Assembly: GCA_905208535.1 (NCBI GenBank)
Contig: CAJLPI010000004.1
Span: forward strand, 65,159-129,158
Reading direction: 5' to 3'
Length of the DNA stretch: 64,000 nt
Source of the DNA: an uncultured Collinsella sp.
GTDB taxonomy: Bacteria > Actinomycetota > Coriobacteriia > Coriobacteriales > Coriobacteriaceae
Every line of letters begins with the position of its first letter. The stretch's first letter is position 1. Below are positions 48,120 through 56,976 of this stretch, piece after piece. The notes under the pieces are model-generated. The model saw only the letters and a program-made list of their open reading frames with translations, was not told the DNA's origin and did not search any database. Position numbers and translations under genes: made by a program.

Positions 48120-50133
48120 CTAAAACAAACTCGCAAATCGTAGCCAAAGCAAAAGGGAATACGAGGCATATCAATATGAATCGTTTACTGTCCCCAAAGA
48201 CCAAGCGGCTCTGGTTAAGAATAAACGATAGGCACGGAACCAGAAGTGGCAAAAGGTAGCGACTCTGGCAACCATTAACTGTCCCCAATCCAACGGGAGT
48301 AAAAGACACATAAAGTGCAGTTGCCACCAAAATCACCGTAAACAAAAACACAAATGAGGCCCAAAGAAATTGTGCGAGACCAATATGCTTAACGCTAATC
48401 GAATCTGCCGAAAAAAGCCCAAACAATAATAGGCAAACAGCTGGAAGTACCTGAACCAACCCACGGATTGCATTTACAGAAATCTGAGCAGCAAGCGATC
48501 CAAGGTATGCAAAGTTCAATGCATATCCAGAAGAGGTTATCGGATTTAAATAATAAGTTGAAAAATAATTGGCGAGTATTTCAGCGTAGCGCAATGGATC
48601 GGCGAGAATGAAAGCGATTTGCTGACCAGAGTTGACATCGGAGCCGCCTCGCATATCGCCAACGTTGGATCCGCTAGCCGTTGAAAACAAGAACGGAAGC
48701 GCAAAGGAGGTAAAAGCAATCAAGCCCAAAACAAACACGGCAGCATAGTAATGAACTCGTTGTTTCGAGCTAACAAAACGATTTCGCGGAACCATAAAGA
48801 AAAGACCGATTATCGGAAAATACACAGCTTTGACTGCGAGTCCTAAAAAGGTAAATAAAAATGCGAGTGATATATTGCGAACTGTAAATTCATTTAAATC
48901 ACCCCATGCATACCTCAAAAAATAAGCAAAACCGAGAATGGTAAACGAAATGAGCCATGCATCATATGAGAAACACGACGCAAGAAAGATCGAGGTTGGC
49001 AGCATTCCCACAAAAGCAAATAGTCCCTTTTTCGAGGGCGTAACCTTGATTGCAATGGCAATTGCAAGACAGTAACTAAATAAATTGCAAATCCGAGCGA
49101 ATTGAATCATAGAAGAAAAATCGAAATGCAGAAGGCGAGCGAGCCAAAGACCAATTGCCGAGGGAATATACCCAATGCTGCTAAGCGTATAAACGAATTC
49201 TTCATGCTTGTTAACTTGCACATGACCAGAAGCGATATCAGATCTATAGGAGCTATTCAGCTCCCTAGCATGCTCAAGAATTTCCGCTCGATCAAAATGG
49301 GAAAGAGAGGGCTCTTCATAGCCCTGCGCACGACGGACCGCTTCGTCAGTAAAGTAAATATCCGTATCAGTTTTTTGAGTTTCAAATAAATAAGATGTCG
49401 AAAGGGCATTGGAATAGTGAATTTGATCATCCCATGAAATACCCGTCGTTATCGGAGTGCTCACCACAAGGAACACACCAATTGAGAATGCAGCGATAAA
49501 GAAAGTGACGGGAAGGGCAGAGTTTCCCTTTCGAATGCCCGAGCAAGCCGTGAAAACCGAAGTTATGATTACCAGCAGGAAATAAACAACAGCATTAATG
49601 AACCCATTCACGAATGCAATCGTAGAGCAGCCAAAAACAATAAAGAATGCGATAATCAGCAGGGAAACGTAGTCGGTAGCCTTGACCCTCGCCGAAACAG
49701 AATGGAACAACGCTTTCAGAGAAAAGCCGCTTTGGAATAAATAGAGTATTGCGCAATAGAAAATTAGAAAAAAGAAAATGAGCCGCTTTTTATTCCAGTC
49801 AGCAATATTCGAGAAATGAGAAGCCGGCGAGCCAAGAACGGTGCAGCCCTCCCAGATGACCGCCACAGCAAATGCCGCAAGCAACAGGACTAATAATTGA
49901 GCGCAGCGACCAGGACAGTTGCCACGCTTTTTTTCATCATCTGAGGAAAGGAAGACACAATATGATTGCCAAATGGCAACATCTACAACGACGCAATAGA
50001 GCACTAAAACAAACAGCTGTGAGACAGAGTGGTTCACATAAAAGTGCTTCATGCACAGAAGCTCGACAATAAAGAGAAGAGCAACGAAGACGGCTTTCAT
50101 TATTTGCTTTTGGTTTACGCATCGAGACAACAC
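48100..50133 (-). CDS. large polytopic membrane protein (GT-C/DUF2142-like; candidate polymerase or glycosyltransferase)
   Basis: 677 aa with more than 12 predicted TM segments. Overlaps its neighbour by 20 nt. Follows a GT2 and a small membrane protein, as in actinobacterial rhamnan-type loci. The start may be an internal Met. Confidence 0.65.
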   Translation of the reverse strand: MLSRCVNQKQIMKAVFVALLFIVELLCMKHFYVNHSVSQLFVLVLYCVVVDVAIWQSYCVFLSSDDEKKRGNCPGRCAQLLVLLLAAFAVAVIWEGCTVLGSPASHFSNIADWNKKRLIFFFLIFYCAILYLFQSGFSLKALFHSVSARVKATDYVSLLIIAFFIVFGCSTIAFVNGFINAVVYFLLVIITSVFTACSGIRKGNSALPVTFFIAAFSIGVFLVVSTPITTGISWDDQIHYSNALSTSYLFETQKTDTDIYFTDEAVRRAQGYEEPSLSHFDRAEILEHARELNSSYRSDIASGHVQVNKHEEFVYTLSSIGYIPSAIGLWLARLLHFDFSSMIQFARICNLFSYCLAIAIAIKVTPSKKGLFAFVGMLPTSIFLASCFSYDAWLISFTILGFAYFLRYAWGDLNEFTVRNISLAFLFTFLGLAVKAVYFPIIGLFFMVPRNRFVSSKQRVHYYAAVFVLGLIAFTSFALPFLFSTASGSNVGDMRGGSDVNSGQQIAFILADPLRYAEILANYFSTYYLNPITSSGYALNFAYLGSLAAQISVNAIRGLVQVLPAVCLLLFGLFSADSISVKHIGLAQFLWASFVFLFTVILVATALYVSFTPVGLGTVNGCQSRYLLPLLVPCLSFILNQSRLVFGDSKRFILICLVFPFALATICEFVLVVGKCC

Positions 50134-50302
50134 GGAGCTAATTCACCTTTATCCAAATCAAGCTGCAAGGGCCCTCGAAGAATCGTTCCCAGTCATCTGG
50201 ATGACAAGTATGGGCACCAAGCACTGTTCACAACTGTTGAAAGTAATATAAGTAGGGAAATTCACATCCAGATGATTTATACGCCAAAGCGAAACGCATA
50301 GC

Positions 50303-50647
50303 CTACTTTTCCTTCTCCCTACTTAACGCAACAGCCTGAACAAGCGAGTTTAAACGCTCTTCCTGTCGAGAGAGACGAAGAGAATTGCAGAAATCACGGA
50401 CCACAAGAACGGCAATAACGTAAAGGAACACGAAGTTAGAAGCCGACATGAAACCAAATAGACTCGAAAGCCACATTGCAACTTGTGGAAAAACGCCCAA
50501 AATTACAAAACTGACGCTGAATAGCAGCCAAAACAGAGAATCCAAAACTTGCATTTGGGATTTTTTTAATTTGCGCAATACAAACACGAATACCAAAACA
50601 GCGCAAACAAGAAGCAAAATACGAAGAGAGACCGGCAAATGGATCAC
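50303..50647 (-). CDS. small 3-4 TM membrane protein (DUF2304-like)
   Basis: 114 aa. Overlaps the upstream GT2 by 4 nt. The call rests on topology and context. Confidence 0.55.
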   Translation of the reverse strand: MIHLPVSLRILLLVCAVLVFVFVLRKLKKSQMQVLDSLFWLLFSVSFVILGVFPQVAMWLSSLFGFMSASNFVFLYVIAVLVVRDFCNSLRLSRQEERLNSLVQAVALSREKEK

Positions 50648-51336
50648 CTAAACCACTGAACGACAAGGAGCGTAACGAAAACACGAACCATATACTGCAT
50701 AGACCTAACAGGGTTAAGATAGCTCTCGCCACCTTGACGCTCGCGCATCTTAACCTGTACCTCTGAAATGGAATACCCTTGCTTCAAAAAGAGAGCGAGA
50801 GATTCTGGTTCCGGATTTAAGGTATTGTCGTAATAGTATTTCTTAAGAATATCCCGCCCAAATAGCCTAAATCCAGACGTGGGGTCACTGATTCTCTTGC
50901 CTGTCAGAATCTTTATTAGCACCGTAATCATACGCGAGCCGATCATGCGAAGCGTCTTGTCTTTGCGCACGCTTACAAACCTAGAGCCAATGACAATATC
51001 TGATCCATCAGATTGAGCCCTATCAACAAGGACCTTTATATATTCTGGACAATGCTGGCCGTCAGCATCAAACTGAACCATATAGTCATATCCATGATCA
51101 ACCGCATAACGCGTAGCCGTCTGAAACCCAACGGTCAAACCACAGTTAATGGGCATATCAATGATGTCACAACCAAGATTCTTGCAGATAGCTAGCGTTC
51201 GATCTCGAGACCCATCATTGATAACAACAAAATCAAACTCAGGTGCAATTTGCCTGAGCTCGCATATCGTCTTTTCTATGCATTCCTCCTCATTATAAGC
51301 AGGAATAGCGATAAGAGTTTTGGGAGTCATATACAC
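50644..51336 (-). CDS. GT2 glycosyltransferase (polyprenyl-phosphate sugar synthase-like, soluble)
   Basis: 230 aa. IAIPAYNEEECI, INDGSRDRT and FDADGQH. Confidence 0.85.
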   Translation of the reverse strand: MYMTPKTLIAIPAYNEEECIEKTICELRQIAPEFDFVVINDGSRDRTLAICKNLGCDIIDMPINCGLTVGFQTATRYAVDHGYDYMVQFDADGQHCPEYIKVLVDRAQSDGSDIVIGSRFVSVRKDKTLRMIGSRMITVLIKILTGKRISDPTSGFRLFGRDILKKYYYDNTLNPEPESLALFLKQGYSISEVQVKMRERQGGESYLNPVRSMQYMVRVFVTLLVVQWFR

Positions 51337-51401
51337 ATAAACCGATCTCTAGTTTTTCTCATTATTATAGCGAGAGATATACAAATGGTTAAATAGACAC
51401 A

Positions 51402-52026
51402 ACGAATGGTGCACCCTTGATTATCAACTTAATCCGAACACTTCCCACATTCATCCGTACATGTACGGATGAATGTGGGAACCCGTTACCCTGAGAGCCG
51501 AACCGGTTGGCCCCGGGAGCTCGAAGGACGGCATGTCCGGAAAGAAGAAAAAGGGTTCCGAGAAGGCTACCCCGAGTGTCTACGGCAGGCTCACCAGACA
51601 CGAAAGGGACACGGTCCAGAAGAAGCAGGAGCTGGACGCCCGCGCGCCTCCAGGGTGATGCTCGGCGGCGATGCGGAGGCGGCGCTAGACGCCTACAGCC
51701 TGGAGGACGTGCCCATCGGAAGACTCGAACTGACGCCGAGCCTCATCGAGAGGGCGCGCGCAGAGAGGCGCGACGCCTCGCTGGCCTAGCCTAAAGGCAA
51801 AACGGAATAGGCGGACCGACCGTCCGGCTGAGTCTGGAAAGAGATGCCAAACTGAGGGCGGAGAATGGTCACCGGACCTATCGAACACATATCCACCGTT
51901 CCTTCAACTGGGGAAACGGAATCCCCGGGGTCCATGGGGGCCGCGGGGGCGTTCGGCTAGCCGCGGGTACGGACTATCTGCGCAGCGTGTTCAGCTTAGA
52001 TCGGGAATCAACCACGAATGGTACAC
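51402..52026. other. GC-rich non-coding insert bounded by imperfect 13-nt direct repeats
   Basis: acgaatggtgcac (51402..51414) and acgaatggtacac (52014..52026) flank about 600 bp that is visibly GC-richer than both neighbouring genes. All three forward frames are open only for short, overlapping, low-complexity ORFs. Confidence 0.3.
51442..51481. repeat. 40-bp perfect palindrome
   Basis: ttcccacattcatccgtaca|tgtacggatgaatgtgggaa, read directly. The two arms are exact reverse complements with no spacer. Confidence 0.95.
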
Positions 52027-52135
52027 ACGGCATCGAGAGCCCCCGCAACAAACCTCGTCCTAGATTTCAAAGCTAGCAATCTTCCGAGTGTGAACTGCAT
52101 GGTTACGCCATGTCTCTCTAAGCGTAGGTGCACAA

Positions 52136-53080
52136 CTACGAGGTTTTCTCAAAAGTTTTAATTGTAACCACACGCGCCATATTAATGACATTCATTAAAT
52201 ACGACTTAGAGCAAAATGGGATTTGAAGCAATTGGGAAATACCTTTTGCTCGATTACCAGAATGAATACTTCTCAACCCATTATTAAATAATGTATTTGC
52301 CTTTAGATAGTTCTCAGCTCGGCGCCGATCGAACCGCTCGGCGACGATTGTATCAATCTTATCGACATCCAGTGATCGACCCTCTTTGAAAGCTGAACGT
52401 AAACACTGAGAAACAACGAACTGTTTATACAAATTGCTACGCGAAATGCTATTAACAGTCATTCTGTATCGAATGAGCGGCTCTGGAACATTTCCAATAG
52501 TGAACCCTTCCAGCTCGGCACGCAACAGCAAGTCATAATCTTCTGCTAGCGGAACAGACCGATACCCCATTTCAAATACAGACCTTCTTCCAAACCAACT
52601 CGGATGAGGTACGCAATTTCTAATCATAAGAGAACGCCTAACGCCTTCACCCGAACTTGGAATTGAATCAACGAGATATAATTGACTACCGTCTTCGTCA
52701 ATGGCGTTCAAATAAGAACCCACTAGGTCAAGCTCATGTTCTTCAAGATACGACAACTGCCGTTCAATGCGCTGCGCCTCAGAAATGTCATCTGAGTCCA
52801 TTCGGCAGATATACTGACCGCGTGAGACCTTGAACGCCTTTTCCAAAGATGCAGCAAGACCAAGATTGCGTTCATTTCTCACGAGGCAAATCCTGCTGTC
52901 ATGAGAGCTATAGTTTTGAGCAATATCGTAAAGTGTGTTGTCATCTGGATTATCAAAAACAACAACCACCTCGATTCGATGGTAGGTCTGCTTTAAAATA
53001 GACACTAGTGCCTCAGTAAAATCTTTGGCGCTCTCCCTATAACAAGGCATGAGCACTGAAACCAACTGTGAATCTGTCAA
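52136..53080 (-). CDS. GT2 glycosyltransferase
   Basis: 314 aa. VSVLMPCYRE, VVFDNPDD and RMDSDDIS. Confidence 0.85.
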   Translation of the reverse strand: MTDSQLVSVLMPCYRESAKDFTEALVSILKQTYHRIEVVVVFDNPDDNTLYDIAQNYSSHDSRICLVRNERNLGLAASLEKAFKVSRGQYICRMDSDDISEAQRIERQLSYLEEHELDLVGSYLNAIDEDGSQLYLVDSIPSSGEGVRRSLMIRNCVPHPSWFGRRSVFEMGYRSVPLAEDYDLLLRAELEGFTIGNVPEPLIRYRMTVNSISRSNLYKQFVVSQCLRSAFKEGRSLDVDKIDTIVAERFDRRRAENYLKANTLFNNGLRSIHSGNRAKGISQLLQIPFCSKSYLMNVINMARVVTIKTFEKTS

Positions 53081-53116
53081 CTAAAACCTCCAACACCGCT
53101 GCGGGAGCAAACGCTA

Positions 53117-54214
53117 ATGAAAACTACCGATAGTTTAATAGTCCTTCATGTGGCATATATTACAAGTGATTTCGCTTCTGGCGTGTCTACAGTGGTGCCT
53201 CAATACCTAAATGAGCAGTCAGAAATAAAGGACATGAATATAGCTCTATTAAATCTTACAAACTACAGGCCTAAAGATGCGAAATATCCCGTCTTCCATC
53301 AGTCATGCATAGAAAAACTTCCTGAACCGTTTTGCAATCCGTCACTCGTAATATTTCATGAGATATATAGGCCGGATCACATTAAACTAAGCCATTGGCT
53401 CAGAAGACGTGCGATCCCATACATCATCACGCCACATGGGTCTCTAACATATGTGGCGCAAGAACAGCATCATTTAGCTAAACAATTGCTTAATGTTTTC
53501 TTCTATAACGCCTTTATCCGCAATGCTGATTGTATCCATTTTCTATCGGAAAAAGAGGCGATGAGTTCAAACGGCTTTAAACATAGGAAAGCAAGCATTA
53601 TTCCAAATGGTGTTAGCATCCCAAAAGCCAAAGCCTCAAACTTAGACAGCCGCATCGCGCTTTTTATTGGCCGCCTAGATATAGAGGTCAAAGGTCTTGA
53701 TCTACTGATCAAAAGTTTGCCGCTAATTGCTGATGAGCTAAGAGGGCTCGGAGCTAAAATCTACATCTACGGTCCAGACGAAGATGGGTCTATGGCCAAA
53801 CTGGAACTACTTATTGCCGACAATCAAGTATCCGATATTGTTTTATTAAATGGTCCAGTTAATGGTCAATCTAAAGCGGACGCTTTTCTCCAATCGCAGT
53901 TTTATATCCAACTTTCACGCACTGAAGGTTTCGCGACGTCTGTTTTGGAAGCACTAGCATATGGCCTCCCAATTATTGTTACCGAGGGAACCACATGGAA
54001 AGAAACAGCGAACAATAAAGGAATTGGAATCGGTGTAGAATCTGATCTCGAAGCCATTTCTAACGCAATTCTCACCCTGTTCAATGACGATGAACTTCGT
54101 TGTAAACTTGCAAATGCAGCTAGAAAGTATGCAATTGAACACTTTCAATGGAAGGCCATTGCCAAGCGTCAATTTATTTTATACAGGGACATTGTAAACG
54201 GGCTTTCTAACTAA
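53117..54214 (+). CDS. GT4 (GT-B) glycosyltransferase
   Basis: 365 aa. RTEGFATSVLEALAYGLPIIVTEG (E-x7-E motif). Confidence 0.85.
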   Translation: MKTTDSLIVLHVAYITSDFASGVSTVVPQYLNEQSEIKDMNIALLNLTNYRPKDAKYPVFHQSCIEKLPEPFCNPSLVIFHEIYRPDHIKLSHWLRRRAIPYIITPHGSLTYVAQEQHHLAKQLLNVFFYNAFIRNADCIHFLSEKEAMSSNGFKHRKASIIPNGVSIPKAKASNLDSRIALFIGRLDIEVKGLDLLIKSLPLIADELRGLGAKIYIYGPDEDGSMAKLELLIADNQVSDIVLLNGPVNGQSKADAFLQSQFYIQLSRTEGFATSVLEALAYGLPIIVTEGTTWKETANNKGIGIGVESDLEAISNAILTLFNDDELRCKLANAARKYAIEHFQWKAIAKRQFILYRDIVNGLSN

Positions 54215-54247
54215 CCATCTTGTTCTTCCAATACGGAAAGGGACTAA

Positions 54248-55264
54248 ATGCTGTTTTCAATTATTATCCCTGCATATAATGCGGCATCCAGTTTGCCGGA
54301 AACGCTATCATCCATCTACCAACAAACATATGATGGCTATGAAATTATTCTCATCAATGATGGATCAGCAGACGCTACTGAAAGTGTCTGCAAAGTGTTT
54401 TGTGAATCTCACAACAATACTCATTACGTTAGACAAAATAATATGGGCGTATATGAGGCCAGGCGAAAAGGCGCGGAGATAAGCGCCGGAGATTACCTGG
54501 TCTTTGTTGATGCGGATGATTCTTTGCGCTTCGATACCCTATCTATTCTTGCTCGCGAAATCGATAAGTGCAATCCAGACATAATCTGTTTCAGCTATAC
54601 AAGAAACCCAGACTATTCAAACGATCCGTTTATCAATCCCGCCCTTCCGTCTGGCATCTATGAAGGTGACGATCTCGCCGAAGTCAGAAAATGTTTGGCA
54701 CGAGGGAAGCTCAATTCAATTTGGGGAAAGGCAATCAAAAGAAACTGTCTGATTGACGATTTAAGCAATACCGATACAAAGAGAATCGATTTTGCAGAAG
54801 ATTTTCTGCAAATGATACCCATAGTCGATTCAGCCAGATCGGTTTTACAAATAAGTGATGCGCTGTATTATTACAATTGTCAAAACGGACAAAGTGCAAC
54901 ACACAGCTATAAGGAAAAACAGCTTTCAGATTTAACCTTCGTCACCTCAAGCCTAGTGAAAATCGCTGCTCGTTGGGGAGAAGAAACAGAAAGGCTGGCA
55001 TGGAAAACAAGAACGGAACAGTATCTTTATCTCCTATCGATCAACGAGCTCAGTGACAATAATGAGACCAAAAAACGTAACTTTGTTTCAATTTCAGAGG
55101 CCTTATTTAATCCCTCAATTAAAGCTGGTGTCCCTTGCAGCACCTACAGACCTGACAGCTATTTACTGTTCCTTGCGGCAAAGAATAAGCACTATTTGTT
55201 ATCTCGAGTAGTAATACGCTGTTGTGAACAGCTAAAACTATTGATACTGAAAATCTTGAGCTAA
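54248..55264 (+). CDS. GT2 glycosyltransferase
   Basis: 338 aa. FSIIIPAYNAASSL, INDGSADAT and FVDADD. Confidence 0.85.
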   Translation: MLFSIIIPAYNAASSLPETLSSIYQQTYDGYEIILINDGSADATESVCKVFCESHNNTHYVRQNNMGVYEARRKGAEISAGDYLVFVDADDSLRFDTLSILAREIDKCNPDIICFSYTRNPDYSNDPFINPALPSGIYEGDDLAEVRKCLARGKLNSIWGKAIKRNCLIDDLSNTDTKRIDFAEDFLQMIPIVDSARSVLQISDALYYYNCQNGQSATHSYKEKQLSDLTFVTSSLVKIAARWGEETERLAWKTRTEQYLYLLSINELSDNNETKKRNFVSISEALFNPSIKAGVPCSTYRPDSYLLFLAAKNKHYLLSRVVIRCCEQLKLLILKILS

Positions 55265-55410
55265 TCGCCCTGTTGTCATCGCTCATTTTTCCTGGCACCG
55301 AGTAGTAAAACCAACCGACTTAGCCTTCGATAATCAAATGTCAGGCAAGCCGGTTGGTCATAAAAGTAATGAAAGTACATTAGGCTATTCTGCTTAATAA
55401 GCGTCGCAGA

Positions 55411-56961
55411 TTATCGCTTGATAAATGCAGATATGCTCGTCTTTTCGGATTCGTTTAGCCCAAACATCAAAACCAAGAAGAAATAGATAAAGAAATAAAT
55501 TATTGCTGACACCAAAACCACCACAAGGCCAGATAAAAGGCTTTTAATTAGGTTATAGAGCAGCAGCAAAGCCCCCGTACCGACAATAACCAAGACGGAA
55601 AGTTTGGCAATTTCAAGCCAAAATTTCTTTATGTTCAACCCAAGCTTTTCAGAGTAATACCAATTCATACAGAAACCGTTACCTATAACCATAGCGATGG
55701 CTGTTGAAACTGCTGCGCCCACTATGCCCATAAGCTTGAGCAATATAATCGTCACGACCACGTTGACAAGCGCAATCGCAAGATACATATACCCCCTATA
55801 CAGGTAAACATTCGCAACCTGCATTATGGTAAGTCCCAGGTTCTGAATTAAGTCAATGGTAAATGGAACCATTACGATCAAGGCGATATAGAAAGCGTCT
55901 ATATAGTCCTTACCAGCCCAAATAATGATGAAATCTTTCCCCAGAACAATAAATAAACTAAGAACAAATCCGCAGACGATAAAGGAAATGCGACCGACTT
56001 TAATGAAGAGATCCGAAATTTCAGACATATCCTTATTCTGGCAATACAGTTCTGAAACTCGAGGAAGAAAAACTGAAGAGGCTGCCGTACCGATTGTCAT
56101 ATAAATCGTGTAGATTTGAGATCCAACAGAATATACCGCAACGGCGGCAGCACCAAAATAATAGCCGACAATTAATTGATCGGTTTTCCAGAAAATCTGG
56201 TCAGCAATCGTCACCAATACAATCGCGCCGCTAAAAAATAGCAATCCTTTAGCCAGTTTCATGTCCCAGCCATGATATCTGAAACTAATATGCAGATTAT
56301 ATTTAGCAAACAAACGCTGGCTCACCGCGCACAACACATTTGTAACAAGCACAACTAAACATACGGCTAATGCATTCTTAAAAATTGTCGTAAGTCCATA
56401 CACAATGAAAGGCTGAGCTATTAGGGCGGCCAATTGCGAGCCCTTCAAAAAAACGAACCTTTCATTAGCAGTTATCGCCGCAACGCTAATAGTGTTGTTC
56501 ATGATAACAATTGTGTTGATCCCTAATACAACAAGCATTGCGGAACACTCATCAAGCTGTGAGTTTGTAAAACTGGCTGAATATACAAACCGAACAACCA
56601 CGGCGAGAACGCAACTTATTAGCATCACGAACACAGATAGGACCCAGTACAGACGCCTAGCTATTGCGAGAGTATTCTCCATTAAGTCATTTTTGCCCTC
56701 TGCCATATACTTGCAATAAAAACGCCCAACACCGGCAGACAAAATCCCATTAATGGAAACTATATAAGACATGATAGAACCTATCAATTGATAGAGTCCG
56801 TATTCGTCTTGTCCAATGTTTTGCAACAACATCGGAACATATACAAAGCCGACTAAAGCCTGAGCCAGTATATAACCATATGTAATTATTATGCCAGTAA
56901 GTCTTCTGCTTGCGCTACTTATCAGAATCACCGTTTCACAATTAGTTGCTTCAAATACCAT
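55411..56961 (-). CDS. Wzx-like oligosaccharide flippase (MOP superfamily)
   Basis: 516 aa, about 14 TMs, typical polysaccharide-biosynthesis-protein profile. The start could be an internal Met. Confidence 0.8.
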   Translation of the reverse strand: MVFEATNCETVILISSASRRLTGIIITYGYILAQALVGFVYVPMLLQNIGQDEYGLYQLIGSIMSYIVSINGILSAGVGRFYCKYMAEGKNDLMENTLAIARRLYWVLSVFVMLISCVLAVVVRFVYSASFTNSQLDECSAMLVVLGINTIVIMNNTISVAAITANERFVFLKGSQLAALIAQPFIVYGLTTIFKNALAVCLVVLVTNVLCAVSQRLFAKYNLHISFRYHGWDMKLAKGLLFFSGAIVLVTIADQIFWKTDQLIVGYYFGAAAVAVYSVGSQIYTIYMTIGTAASSVFLPRVSELYCQNKDMSEISDLFIKVGRISFIVCGFVLSLFIVLGKDFIIIWAGKDYIDAFYIALIVMVPFTIDLIQNLGLTIMQVANVYLYRGYMYLAIALVNVVVTIILLKLMGIVGAAVSTAIAMVIGNGFCMNWYYSEKLGLNIKKFWLEIAKLSVLVIVGTGALLLLYNLIKSLLSGLVVVLVSAIIYFFIYFFLVLMFGLNESEKTSISAFIKR

Positions 56962-56976
56962 TCAGAAATTAAAGCA

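Noticed and set aside
51469-51794. Three overlapping ORFs (106, 61 and 95 aa) in the GC-rich insert as real genes, or as a toxin-antitoxin pair.
   Set aside because: All three forward frames are open over the same DNA. The products are low-complexity, there are no ribosome-binding sites and the orientation opposes the surrounding operon. They are better treated as non-coding or decayed sequence.
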